From assembly GCA_964035545.1 (NCBI GenBank), contig OZ037772.1, positions 6,866,889 through 6,930,888 of the forward strand: a DNA stretch of 64,000 nucleotides. The letters are read 5' to 3'. Made by a program: the position numbers and the translations under genes. Positions 24,601-36,605 of the stretch are shown piece by piece. Each line of letters opens with the position of its first letter. The stretch's first letter is position 1. The notes under the pieces were generated by a model. It was not told the DNA's origin, made no database searches, and saw only the letters and a list, made by a program, of their open reading frames with translations. Origin of the DNA: Bugula neritina. Taxonomy: Eukaryota > Animalia > Bryozoa.

Positions 24601-27600
24601 AAATGATAATTGAATGACATAAAACCGATTGTGACTTACAATTTAAAATACTTCAATACCCTGGAAAAGGTTCTATTAAATCTTCACTCAATGTTAAATT
24701 ATTGTATGATCAATAAATCTGCATTAATATAACGGGGGACTATTTTATTTTGGTCCTTACTGAAAACAAACTTTGCTTGGTGAAACTTACATATGTTCAA
24801 CGCCTTAGACTGTTTTGAAACACTGCATTATATAATCAAATCAAAATTTTAGATCAAGAGAGACATGAGTTTAAATCTCTTACATCACTGAGAGAAGAAG
24901 TCAATACTTACCTTGCGAGTCAGCTGAATGTAATTGTTGAAAAGATTACCAAGATATGTACTTTGGACAAGAAAGTGTGGAATGATCTTGATGATCAAGA
25001 AGAGAAATGCTCAGATGTTATAAGAGAGATCGAGACAGTTAGAGATGAAATGGTGAGTTTGTCAGTTAACTGCCTTTCACATATCATTGCTTGTTTTAGG
25101 TCTCATCACAATCATCACCGAGTTATTTACAATATTCTATTAGTTAGTATTGAAATTGCCTGGAAACCACAACCATCATCATAATTATTTTCATGTTTAT
25201 GAGCGCAGTCAACAAACTAGTTGTAGTAATTTTTATAAAGAGGAAAATATAGTATGTAATATCACATTAGTTTTTTATTTTGAGAGTAATAAGCAAAGGA
25301 ATTATCTTTGAATTTGTTTCTGCGTTGAACAACTTTTACAGAAAATCAGAAGTTACTTTCTTACAAGTGCTGCGGATGAAAATAAATTTAAGTTATTCAA
25401 AGTCCAAATATTTTTTAACATGACAGCTATATAATATACCTATCTAAGTTTTATATATTGGCCGCTCAAAAATTCTGCTTTTAGATCCAAAGAATTACCA
25501 ATGAGAGTCAAGAGCTGATTGACAGAGTTACCAATCACAAAGAAGAAGTGACCAATCAGGTGGAAGATTTTTACAACAAGCTGATGCTGAATAAAGATCG
25601 GTTGGAGAAAACGCAAGCTGAGGTGCATAGTCTGCTGAAAGATGGTCATGTGACTGAGAAGATCAGAGAAAAGAAGAGAATAGCCAAAGAGATGGAAAGG
25701 AATGATGTAGAAGATCTGGGTTATTGTAATCTCACTGATCTACCAACCTTAATAGAGACAGGTTTGTGATGTTTTCAATTGACAATCAAATAACATCTGC
25801 CAATTAGTTGGCTCTTTAAAAAAATAACTTGCAAAATATTCTCTCTCTCTCTCCTTCTTTCAGTCAGTCGATACAAATGTGAATGTTTCAAAATTGGTCT
25901 TGAATTTGGTTGCAGCTCTTCACGCAACTCTGTTGTCAGCGGTCTGTTTCCAGGAACTCAAGTTGATTGATCTCCATTTCATATTCCTCTTAGCAATATC
26001 TTTAAGTCTGAGCCTAGGTCGCCTTCTATTCCTGTTGCAATCTTTCAGCTGAGAGTGGATCAATTTTCTTGGTAGGCGGCTATCTTCCATCCTGTGCACA
26101 TGGCTTACCCATCTAATGGGTTCGTTTCAAAAAGAATGTCAGCCATGCTTGGCAAGTTGTCACTTCTTAGTATTATTTCATTCGTAACTTTGTCATACGA
26201 TTTTACAGCAAATGTCTCTAATTTGCCGCATCATGAAAGCGCTTAGCTTCTTCACCTGTGTCCTGTATATTGTCCATGTTTCTGCTCCATACAGCAGACC
26301 TGAGAGCACCATCAAATGCTCTGTAGACTTTACACTTCACCCTGTTCCGAAGTCTCTGCTGCTTCGCCCAGTCTGTTCCGCAGCTCTTTATCTATTTTTG
26401 CCAAACAGGAAAGAGTGATTCCTAGATTAGTACATGCACAGCTGGTTCATCATCTATTTTACATGCATTCTACCTTCTAAATGTTGATTTTTTATATTAC
26501 TACCTACATACTATATCTTATGTGAGCGGTGAAATACATTTACACACTGTATATATGCTGAAAGAGCATAGCTATTTCTCTAAAAAGCAGCTATAGACCC
26601 ACAACTGTTAGTCATTACATTCCATGTGTAGCCACCACTGCAAGACAACATTTCTTGCTTCAAACTATGTTGATAACTCACTTAACGGTTTGTTTATTGA
26701 AGTTGAAAAATTAAAGTATGAATAAATTATTATTGTTCATTTGTATGACAAGCACCATAGTCATGCAGTGTGTTGAATTAATACTTCATAACAAACCATT
26801 ACATGCATTACTATGTTATACTATATATGTGCACACATATCACACATATATACACATACATATACATGCACACATACATACATATATTATACATAAATAC
26901 ATAACATGAATATATATGTAATACATGCATGCATATTATATTCACATATAACTTATAAATTGCACATATGAACATATATATGATATTTATAGGAGTTACA
27001 GACATCTATAAGCAAAAATGTACAAAACTTGTAGAAATCGCATCAGATACCCATTTCATTTTCTTAGTTATAGGTTTATGGTAACAATCATAAAATCAGG
27101 AAACATTTTGGAGCAAATAAATGATTTCTAATAAAAATTGATTTCTAATAATTGTACTAAATGATTAACTCTATATATCATCTTACAGGTCAAAACACAA
27201 GTAGACTACTGAATGTCAGTCTAGTAACAGTTCCTTCTTCACTGACATTCATATCTGAACATGAGACAAGTGGGTGGTGTTACTCAGCCAATCACAGACA
27301 AGATGGTGACATACTCATAGGTACTCATAATGGAATACAGTTACTGAGTAGAGATGATAATAAGCTGAGTGAATACAGTACAAGTGAGAAAGAAGTAACA
27401 GGATTTATTGAGACTACTCAGAATGTCTTCATTCTACACACAGAAAGTGACATATCTAAAGTAGAAATGTGTTTAGCTGGTGACATTACAAAGAAACAGC
27501 AACTGTTTCAGTTTGATAGAACAAGTGCTGATGAAGCAGTAATGGCAGTCTCTGACAGATATGTTGTGGTGGATCATCCAGATACTGAACAGCTGATCAT

Positions 27601-30600
27601 CTATGACTTCATCACTAAACAGACAGAGGCTATTCATCCTGATGTGTATCCACGTGGTCTACACTTTCTACCAGATGGTCATCTGCTAGGAGCTGGTAAA
27701 GATAAACTGATGAAGTACAAATTAGAGAATGGAAAGCTGAATACAGTCTGGACATGTGTTGGTGTAACAGATGAATACGGTGTCTGTGCAGATTCTAATG
27801 ACCTCATCTATGTTTTTGAATGGAACTTGGAGGTGCTTTACATCATTTCTCCATCAGGTACGGTTGCTTAAGCACGTGTATGCTAGGAGTAGAAAACTCC
27901 AAATATAAGTTTAGAGTTCATCAAAAATGCTGGAAATGTTGAAAAATATTAGCCAGCATATATTGAAAGTGTTGTGTTTCAAACAGGTGTATTGATCATA
28001 AAAATAATTTACAATGAAAACAATGGAAGTTTTACCACCTTATATAATTATTAGCTTGCACAGAAAAGCTGATATAGCTGTATATAAACAAACAAAATAA
28101 GCGATGAAGCTAACATGAAAAGGCCATTACATCTTTTAGCTTTATGCAATGTCATGCTATAACACCTCCCGACTAGCTTAAAGTACTATGTCTCTTTTAG
28201 CGTCTAGTTTGCCATCGGGTTCTGGTTGAACGTCTTGGATGGTCCCGGGTATATTCATCACCATCTGGTTGTCTAGGATTGCGTCTAGGTTGTGAGGGTA
28301 CAGGATCTGGCTCTGGTGTTTCCTCTTGTTGTGCAGTATTTTCAGTGGTAACCATCAAATCATCAGGTGGCTCTGTATCTTCTGTACTGGAATGTCGTGG
28401 ACAGAGTTGGTCAATGTGTCGTTTTCAAACTGGTCCTTTAGGTATGACTTTCACATTCACAGAGCGGCTCCCCAAAACTTTGATCACAACTGCCTTGATC
28501 CACTTGGGTTGTCTGTCTCTTCTAGGCCCATAGTATAGAGCATAGCAAGGCGTTCCAACTGTGTAGCAGTGTAGTTTGTTGGTAGTCTTGTTCTGTTGCA
28601 TCTGATGTCTTTGAGATAGGTGTGCTGGAGAGGGAAGTAGAACATCTATTTTGGTTCTGATCTGTCGTCCATTCAGTAGCTCACTTGGAGAAAATCCATA
28701 AGGCAATGGTGTTCTTCTGTATTGCATTAGGAACTCTTGGAGGGCCTCCCTGGGTGGAAGTGTAGACTTTCTCAGCGACTGCTTGAAGGATTCTACTAGC
28801 CGTTCTGCTGCTCCATTGGTAGCGGGATGATAAGGTGCTCCTCTTAGGTTGACAATTCCTCGATCTTTACACCACTGTTGGAATTCTTCTGAAGTGAAAC
28901 TGGGTCCATTATCTGTCACTATGGTATGAGGGTAACCAAAGTGAGCGAAGTCTGTCTCCAATAAGTTAGTTGTCATCTTGGTTGATATAGAGCTCGTAGG
29001 ATGAATGCAAGGATACTTGGTGAATGCATCCACAAGCACTAGCCAATTTGTTCCCATAAAGTTGATTGCATGGTCTACGTGTAGTCTGCTCCATGGCTTT
29101 TCAGGCATCATCCAAGGATGAACTGGTGACTTCTTTTCCTGGTTTTGGTGCTCTCCGCAGGTTGAGCATTGCTGTGACAATTCTGTAATGTCATTGTCTA
29201 ATCTTGGCCAATAGACTGCTGCGCGGGCAAGTTGCTTCATACGTTGTCTGCCAAAGTGTCCCATATGTAGTATTTCTAACACTTGTTTCTGCAGGGATAT
29301 AGGTATGACAATCCTTGCTCCATAGAGTAGGCATCCGCTTTCAACTGTCAGTGAGGTTGCGATCTTCTTGAAGTCTTTAATGGTGTAGCCATCAGCGATT
29401 GTTTCTGACGATTCTTTGCTTTCTTCACCATCCATCCATCCTTCCATAGTGTATCGCATCACGGTGCTGAGTACTGGATCTTTGGCCGTCTCTTTCTTTA
29501 GAACTCCAGGATCTGTAGGTTTCAGCTGCTTTCCAATAGTCTTTATTGTGCAAACTGTGTCGATATCCACACCTTCTTCCTCCTTATCAAAGCCATCGTC
29601 TGATCCCATTGGTAGGCGACTCAGTACGTCTGCATTGCCGTGGTCCGAGGTCTTTCTGTGTTCAATGGTGTACTTGTATTGGCTGAGAGTGAGTGCCCCT
29701 CTAGCAAGTCTGTTGGCTGCCATAGCTGGTGTTGCTTTGTTGGGTCCAAAGATTGCCAGTAGTGGTCGGTGATCTGTAACCAATACAAAGCTTCTTCCAT
29801 ACAGAAACTGATGAAACTTGGTGATTCCAAATATGATTGAGAGTGCTTCCTTCTGTACTTGACTGTATCTTTGCTGAGTTTTTGTCAGAGTTTTGCTGGC
29901 ATGGGCAATTGGTCGCTCCGTCCCGTCTTGGTAACGATGAAACAACACAACTCCAATTCCAACTTCTGATGCATCACAGGATATGCCAATTTGTAGAGAA
30001 GGGTCATAGTGTGCTAGTACCAGATCACTGCTTAACATCTTCTTCAGTTGTAAAAATGATGTTTGCTGCATAGTACCCCACTGCCATTGCTCTCCTTTCT
30101 GCAATAACTTTTGAAGTGGTGATGTGACAGTGGAAAGATCCGGCAAGAACTTGTGGTAGAACTGTACAGATCCTAGGAAGGATTTCAAGCTTCTAACATC
30201 AGTCGGGGCTGGCATCTTCTTCAAAGCTTTTACACCAGATCCTTTTTCTATACCTTTGTCAGACAGCTTGTGTCCCAGGTATTCTACTGACTGTTCTGCG
30301 AATACACATTTCTCCAGTTTGCATCTTAATCCCCGGTCTTGCAGCCGTTGCAATAATCTTCGTAAATTTGTGATGTGATCTGTGGCTGTGGCTCCACTGA
30401 CTAGAATGTCATCCAAATAGACTGCTACTCCGGGTAGATCACATGTGAGCTGCTCCATAATCTCCTGGAAATAACCGGGTGCTGAGCTGATACCAAATTG
30501 TAAGCGCTTCTGTAGTAGAACACCACGGTGAGTGCTGAGAGCCAACCTTCTTTGGCTTTCTGGAGCCAGAGAAATCTGATTGTATGCGTCTACCAAGTCA

Positions 30601-33014
30601 ATCTTCGAGAAACCATGTCCTCCTCCAAGTTTCCTCATCAGGTCTTCTGGTAAAGGAATTGGTTGATGATGATCCTCTAGTTGAGAGTTGACTGAAACAG
30701 AGTAGTCTCCACATACACGTAGCTTTGGCCTTGGCTGTCCAGGTAGTTGTGCTTTGCGTATAGGAACTACTGGTGTGCCATAGGAATTGAACTGCACTGG
30801 CTCCCATACTCCTTTAGCAATTCCAACATCATAGGCTTGAGTTAAGTCTTCTTGAATGGCGTAAGGTACAGGTCGGGGTTTGCAGAATACTGGTTTAGCA
30901 TCGTTCTTGAATTTGACTTCTAATTCAAAATCTTTGAGGCATCCCAGTTCTGGTTTGAAGAGGCTGCTGAACTCCATTGTTAGTTTTTTACAGGATTCCT
31001 TGAGATTGAGGTTGACATTATGAACATCTTTGCTGATGTTTTCTCCATCTGTAGGCTGCATCAAGGAATCCACAGAAACTCCCAATTGTTGAATTCCATC
31101 TCTGCCGAGTAGGTTTAGGTTGGGTATTCTGCTGATGACGAATTGAAGTTTTTTCTCCTGCTGGTCTCCAAATTTGGTGAAGAGTTCACAGGTTCCCATG
31201 ATGTCAATTGGATGATGAGTAGCTAATTCATAATGTATCTGTTGTGATTGAAGATTAGGTGATCCTAGTCTTTTCCAGTTCTCTAAAGACAAGAAGTTGT
31301 CTCCTGCTTCAGTGTCGACTTCTAATTGAAAAGGTTGACGTTGAAGAGTTACAACTACTTGTAGTTGAGGAACTGCGTTCATAGTCTTTAAGGTCCTGAT
31401 AACTTTGAGTGGTTTGCTGTCATTCATCTTCTTCTTTCGGCATACAATTTCAAGATGTCCAGTGAGTTTGCAGTAGTTGCATGTAGAACTTTTGTATCTG
31501 CATTCTGCTGGCTGGCGATTTGTCTTTCCACAGCGATAACAGGGTTTGTTGATCTGTGTTGGCTGGGTCGTTGGTGTAAAGCTTGGAGTCGTCTTCTTCT
31601 TCTTGCTGACTTTATGGAGAGCGTTGACCTCTCCGTGAACAGTTTCTTTAGCTACTTTAGCTGCTTCTTCAGTTTCCACAGCGATTTCAGTAGCTCTGTT
31701 GAAAGTGAGATCTTCGTCCTTGAGTTCAAAGATTGCCTTCAGTATAGCTTCATTTCCTACTGAGCATATAAATCTGGTACAAAGTGCTTCATCTTGTGGG
31801 TCAGTAATTGAAGAAAAATCACAAGTTGTTGCGTCATGTCGAATCCTAGCTGCTAGTTCTGGAATAGTCTCCCCTGGCTTCCTTTTCATGTCATGCCAAA
31901 ATCTGTATCTTTCTCTGATGATGAATGTCCTTGGGTTATATTGTGTCATCATGTAGTTGTTAACTTCATCCATCGTCAGTTTGTTGATCTCCTTCTTTGG
32001 TGTCTGCTGCTCAGCCCAATCACTCAACTGCTTGTAGATGGCTGTTGATTGGTTTGTCAAAAATACTTGTGGTATTTTATCCTCTGCGATTGAGTTGGCT
32101 CCAATGAAGGTGGTGAATCTTGCTGAATATTGAGTCCATAGCTCTGTACTTGGATCAAATGCTGCAAAATTCGGGGTTGATGCTGGGGTTTTCTTCTCTG
32201 CTGACTGGGTGAGTAGTTGAATCAGCTCCCGATTTTCTGTTTGCTGCTGTTCCATCCTTGCTTCTTGCTGTTCCATCTGTTGCTTCTGTAAATCCATCTG
32301 TTCCTTTTGCTGTGCCAACTGCTGGGTTAGCAAAGCTATCAGTTGATCTGTAGGTGTAGACATAATTTTTGAAGTATGCCTAAATGAAGAGTATTTGAAG
32401 ATTTGAAGATTCTGATGATAACCGCGTAAAGTAGAAGTAGATGATCAGTTGAAAATCCTTGAAGCTAATCCTATCCTCGTCGCCAAAATCTGTTGTGTTT
32501 CAAACAGGTGTATTGATCATAAAAATAATTTACAATGAAAACAATAGAAGTGTTACCACCTTATATATTAGCTTGCACAGAAAAGCTGATATAGCTGTAT
32601 ATAAACAAACAAAATAAGCGATGAAGCTAACATGAAAAAGCCATTACATCTTTTAGCTTTATGCAATGTCATGCTATAACAGAAAGTTTTAGAAATACTG
32701 CTTTCCGATGCATCAAATAACTATCTCCATAATATAGTCACGTTTCTGAAATCTAATTTTGTGCATCCCCATATGTTTATTAATCATGAAATAAATTGAG
32801 TGCATTTTAATATATTTTTTATAGGCCTTCCAGTTTACTTTTTCCCCAATGCAGTGTATTTTTTATAATATATTACACAGGTGTTATTCTCAAGACACTG
32901 ACTCATGATAAGTTACTATATCATGGTTCTGGAGTACCGAGTATCAGAGATGGAGTAATGGCTTTACCTGGTTGGTATGACAAGAAGTTGTATCTTCTTA
33001 AGATAGAAACCTAA
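21605..33014 (+). CDS. Tripartite-motif (RING-Bbox1-Bbox2-coiled coil) E3 ligase-like protein with C-terminal NHL-like beta-propeller, paralogue C, ~596 aa
   Basis: Exons 21605-21774 ([15 protein letters not shown]...CQHVFCLSC...CPIKTC, C3HC4 RING), 22027-22186 (B-box1 CTARGC...CVTC...CSQH), 23318-23498 (B-box2 CEQH...CQKC...CFEC), 24853-25052, 25485-25761 (coiled coil), 27189-27857 (propeller), 32881-33014 (..LYLLKIET*). All introns are GT-AG and phases are compatible; 1791 nt open. Confidence 0.9.
22222..22643. mobile_element. ~425-bp MITE (Sola-like), copy 2, intron 2 of paralogue C
   Basis: gagtcagtttaattcatttagtacacac...tgactc; 4-bp TSD ATAT; the empty site is visible in intron 2 of paralogue E (~61017-61033 ccattttatatataggg). 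Confidence 0.85.
23823..24246. mobile_element. ~425-bp MITE (Sola-like), copy 3, intron 3 of paralogue C
   Basis: gagtcagtttacttcatttagtacacac...tgaccc; 4-bp TSD AAGT; empty site in intron 3 of paralogue E (~62227-62248). Confidence 0.85.
25841..26428 (-). mobile_element. 5'-truncated RTE-clade LINE fragment
   Basis: Minus-strand translation with frameshifts gives LGITLS..IDKELRNRL, KVYRA, LLYGAETWT, RWVSHVHRMEDSRLPRK, RPRLRLKD and DNRVAWR, the typical RTE ORF C-terminus. (GA)n 3' tail at ~25841-25852. Absent from intron 5 of copy B. Confidence 0.8.
27970..28164 (-). repeat. 3' LTR
   Basis: 195 bp, direct repeat of 32491-32681. Confidence 0.93.
28425..32363 (-). CDS. Gag-Pol polyprotein (Gag, 2 zinc knuckles, protease, RT, RNase H, integrase), probably defective
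   Basis: 1312-aa ORF: CYRC..C / CNYC..H..C knuckles, LEVDTEA protease, YLDD RT, DAS/TDH RNase H, H..H..CSTC plus D-D-E integrase in Gypsy order. The frame continues past TGA (*KRHIDQL...RRSTRTR) to 28197. Confidence 0.93.
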   Translation of the reverse strand: MSTPTDQLIALLTQQLAQQKEQMDLQKQQMEQQEARMEQQQTENRELIQLLTQSAEKKTPASTPNFAAFDPSTELWTQYSARFTTFIGANSIAEDKIPQVFLTNQSTAIYKQLSDWAEQQTPKKEINKLTMDEVNNYMMTQYNPRTFIIRERYRFWHDMKRKPGETIPELAARIRHDATTCDFSSITDPQDEALCTRFICSVGNEAILKAIFELKDEDLTFNRATEIAVETEEAAKVAKETVHGEVNALHKVSKKKKTTPSFTPTTQPTQINKPCYRCGKTNRQPAECRYKSSTCNYCKLTGHLEIVCRKKKMNDSKPLKVIRTLKTMNAVPQLQVVVTLQRQPFQLEVDTEAGDNFLSLENWKRLGSPNLQSQQIHYELATHHPIDIMGTCELFTKFGDQQEKKLQFVISRIPNLNLLGRDGIQQLGVSVDSLMQPTDGENISKDVHNVNLNLKESCKKLTMEFSSLFKPELGCLKDFELEVKFKNDAKPVFCKPRPVPYAIQEDLTQAYDVGIAKGVWEPVQFNSYGTPVVPIRKAQLPGQPRPKLRVCGDYSVSVNSQLEDHHQPIPLPEDLMRKLGGGHGFSKIDLVDAYNQISLAPESQRRLALSTHRGVLLQKRLQFGISSAPGYFQEIMEQLTCDLPGVAVYLDDILVSGATATDHITNLRRLLQRLQDRGLRCKLEKCVFAEQSVEYLGHKLSDKGIEKGSGVKALKKMPAPTDVRSLKSFLGSVQFYHKFLPDLSTVTSPLQKLLQKGEQWQWGTMQQTSFLQLKKMLSSDLVLAHYDPSLQIGISCDASEVGIGVVLFHRYQDGTERPIAHASKTLTKTQQRYSQVQKEALSIIFGITKFHQFLYGRSFVLVTDHRPLLAIFGPNKATPAMAANRLARGALTLSQYKYTIEHRKTSDHGNADVLSRLPMGSDDGFDKEEEGVDIDTVCTIKTIGKQLKPTDPGVLKKETAKDPVLSTVMRYTMEGWMDGEESKESSETIADGYTIKDFKKIATSLTVESGCLLYGARIVIPISLQKQVLEILHMGHFGRQRMKQLARAAVYWPRLDNDITELSQQCSTCGEHQNQEKKSPVHPWMMPEKPWSRLHVDHAINFMGTNWLVLVDAFTKYPCIHPTSSISTKMTTNLLETDFAHFGYPHTIVTDNGPSFTSEEFQQWCKDRGIVNLRGAPYHPATNGAAERLVESFKQSLRKSTLPPREALQEFLMQYRRTPLPYGFSPSELLNGRQIRTKIDVLLPSPAHLSQRHQMQQNKTTNKLHCYTVGTPCYALYYGPRRDRQPKWIKAVVIKVLGSRSVNVKVIPKGPV
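32467..32485 (-). promoter_or_regulatory. Primer-binding site, tRNA-Ser(GCT) type
   Basis: Minus strand TGGCGACGAGGATAGGATT, 5 nt after the LTR; complementary to the ...AATCCCATCCTCGTCGCCA 3' end of animal tRNA-Ser(GCT) as recalled. Confidence 0.75.
32491..32681 (-). repeat. 5' LTR
   Basis: 191 bp, followed on the minus strand by the PBS. Confidence 0.93.
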
Positions 33015-35912
33015 GTAATGTGCTAAGCAAATGTTAAACTTGGTTGTTAAGATGCTCTATACTTTACATTTCCATTCATATTGTTCAAAATTTGGATTTA
33101 ATAGCATAATTCAGTGCTCTTATAACTATATATTCGGAATGATTTGGCTTTTCACAATTCTAATGAATTTTTTTTAACATTTCCTATGAATGTGATTTCA
33201 TTGCCTCTGCAAACAGCCAAATAGTATTTTTATTATAATTCTTGCCACAAATACTTATCATTGTTTGACTGATAACGACACATCAAATCATATCTAATAA
33301 TTATATTTATCATATTACTTGTTTTAGTTAGTTGAGCCTAATCAGAGTCGGTTACCAGAATAATTATTTCTCTACTACATCATGTTTGCACATATTATAT
33401 TATATGACTATGCTAATATTCAAAAGTTGCTTGTTTGTCATAACATCAAAGCATGTACTGCGCATATAATATTATATTATATTATGTAAATCTTAAAAAG
33501 TTATGTTATACTATATGTAACAGTCTGTTATAATTGTTTACTTTTTAAATATATTTGATATATTATGCAAATGCATACAACTAAATTATTTATTAATGAA
33601 TACGTAATAATCAAGACTATAGCATAGAATTTTTTAGGACAGTATAACCAAAGCAGCAAAAAGCGGTGGGTTACTAATATGAGATAACAAAGTGAGATGC
33701 TATTCATGAAATATTACACAACAAAACTCAGCAATTATTATTATGCAATGTGAAATTACGTTTATAGCCTCATTATATCTCAATAACTGTATAATTATAA
33801 CATGAGAACATAACTGCTATTATTTTAGAGGTTATATATAACTAACGACATTCAAACTAGTTGATCTATATTCAATAGTGCTAGTAGTTTGTTACTACAA
33901 TATTATAACATATAACATATAAAACGACAGAATTGTGATATCTTATTGTTAATTATATAATAAGTCTTTATCCACGCAGTCTGTACTCTAGGTTAAAAGA
34001 GCTTTTTATGGAAAAATATACAGTGTACAGTATGTGTTCATGATGGTGTTAAACCGACTCTGAAGTACTTATTATTCTTATTATTAAGCAAATGATAATA
34101 TATAACACCTTAGGGTTAAAACATGGTGTCTATATTTATCATCACATGCTTATTGATCACAAGAGACCATGATTACCATAAAAAACTGCTCTGATATAAG
34201 TGGTTAATATTGATCAATAGACAGTTAAACATGAATCAATAAGTATATATTATACAGACTGAAAGCAGCTAGCATAGCAGCTGAGTCTTGCCAATTATGC
34301 CAACCCAACTTTTCCTGTTAGCATAATGGGTGTTATTGAGAAACAATTATACAAAGAATAGATACTCTATCGAGTAGAAAAATGAACCTGGCTTGAACTA
34401 CACTTTCCTTTTCTGTCAATTGACATGTATTATTGTATTTGATATAATACAAGTTGAGATGCATGTTGTAATAATGTAAATTGATAATGTTTCAATAGTC
34501 AATAGCTAGTGCAGGTATAACCTTAAACAACCCACAACTTAGCAGGGTAGAGTCCATATATGCAAGCACAAACTGTATATAAAATTATTAAATTTTAAAA
34601 GCCACACCAAGTGAGCACTTATTAACTTAGTTGGAATAATAATTGTAGGTATGCAGACTAATTTGAAGCCACATGCAGCTAAAATTATTATGATTACAAA
34701 AATTATACTAATACCAACAATGGTCACCAGGCTCATTGTAACACTCACAACAGTCTATATATACACGTATTTGCTATGACAAAAAGCAATTTAATACATA
34801 TGCTTTCAGCAAAAGCAATGCTGAATGGGAAGCAGGGAATTTTTTATTTTGACTGAATGGCAGCTTTTTACAAATCAAATTTATTGTCATAAATGATTTT
34901 CCAATAATAACCTGACAGTATTGTAAGAGCAAAGGCTACAATGCTATTACAAAAATCAAACTGCTTGATTTTATTACTATTTAAAAAGAGTCATTTCTAC
35001 AGAGCAGCATTGTAATTTGTTTGTAATAGAAGCTGTATAAACATAATTGTAAACACTGGATACTTTAGATTCTGGCTTATAAAGTAACATTCATAAGGAG
35101 AACATGATTCAAACCTACAGAAGTGTAAACTTTAAAACATGTGATCCAAATATTTAATATATATCAGTATATGAACTACACAGCAGCTTCCCACTCACTT
35201 TTACAACTGTACTGACATCAAACAAGTGATTTGTCAGCTATATAAACAGTATAGGTTAGTATTGGTTATACAAACCAGGAGGTTAGGTATCCTATATTCT
35301 GGAGATTACACTAAGAGGCTAAGACAAACAGGTCACTATTTTTGGCTTACAGGCTTATAGTTATATTATATTCTGGAGATTACACTAAGAGGGATGTAGA
35401 CAAACCAGTGACTAGTTGATATAAATTTAGTCCTTTGCACGTATAAACCCAAGTAACTAATGTATGTGAAGTTGTTTTTAGATAATAGAAAGCAGTGTTT
35501 AAAAAATGTCACCTTATACACTCCTAAGGTCAATTGTCGTGTATTTTCTTTATATACATGTTAGACTCTACTTTAATAACATATTTTTTGTTATGATGTA
35601 ATTACAGAGTGAAAAAGCTATAAAATTACGAAATGCCAATGAAATGAAACTTCCTTCTCTTTATTGCTCTACTCAATGCTCTAGTTATAACTACACACTA
35701 ATCACAGCATCACAGTACTACTTGTTATATACTCTAGTTATAACTACATCCTGACTACTGCATATAACTTCACTATACTTACTACTGTATTATAAAACCT
35801 GCTATAAACCACTGTATAATTTTAATACTTGCTGCTCTATAGCAACTATACATACTAACTCTTAAATAGCACTTAAATTGTACATTTTGTTTAAGTTTCT
35901 GCAAGTATACAC

Positions 35913-36605
35913 CTGGAAACATCCCAATGCGTGAAAGTATGAGACATCTGTAAAGATCAAATTTCTTAATGTAAACACCACTGGCATCTTTAATGTACCG
36001 CATTATCAATTATTTAATGAACTGTAGACACATTTTAGAGCTTCATGCGTTTTGACCTACTAGCTAACTTCATAGTTGGTTATATGCATATAATTTGCTA
36101 TTAAATGCACTGAAGTTATCATAAATTGATCAGTTACTGTATATAGATACATAAAACATCATCTATGTTTATAAATACTCAGTATTACTATATCAGTGAC
36201 AAAGTTATTATTGGCTTGGAATAAACTTTGAATTACGTTATAAATTATTCATCTTTTATTTTCTAACTAGATTAAAAGTTTATATATCTATATATATTGT
36301 GTGTAAATATATCTTATAACTTTAAAGCATAAACCTATTAATTTCAAAGTGGAAACCTGTTATAATTTATATTAGGTGCTTGTGCTATAACATTGCAGTG
36401 CAGCACTAGATAACTGCATTGTGGTGGTAACCTGAAAACTCAATTCATCAGCTGTTTTCAATAGTTCCCTATTGCATATAAATAGGCAGCTGCCTTTCCA
36501 GTTGTGGTAAGTATATTTTTCTGTTTGACAGATGCATGTGACTTTCGTATCAGGTTGCAGTTCTTGGAAGTTTGCCAAGATATTGTCATAATATCATCTC
36601 AACCT
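35913..36605 (-). pseudogene. Two putative fossil exons of an unknown gene
   Basis: 36605-36432 (174 nt, ttcttacacgtacag|...CAG|gttacc) and 36021-35913 (109 nt, tctacag|...CCAG|gtgtat) are phase-compatible; each carries one early stop. Confidence 0.35.

Larger units (their letters stand above)
27970..32681 (-). mobile_element. Full-length Ty3/Gypsy (Mag-like) LTR retrotransposon, antisense in intron 6 of paralogue C
   Basis: LTRs 27970-28164 and 32491-32681 (TG...CA; 3 substitutions and one 4-bp indel); 5-bp TSD GAAAG; PBS; short PPT gggagg (28165-28170); empty site comparable in intron 6 of copy A. Confidence 0.95.

Noticed and set aside
28279-31956. Short ORFs overlapping the Gypsy ORF
   Set aside because: Antisense or alternative-frame shadows of gag-pol.
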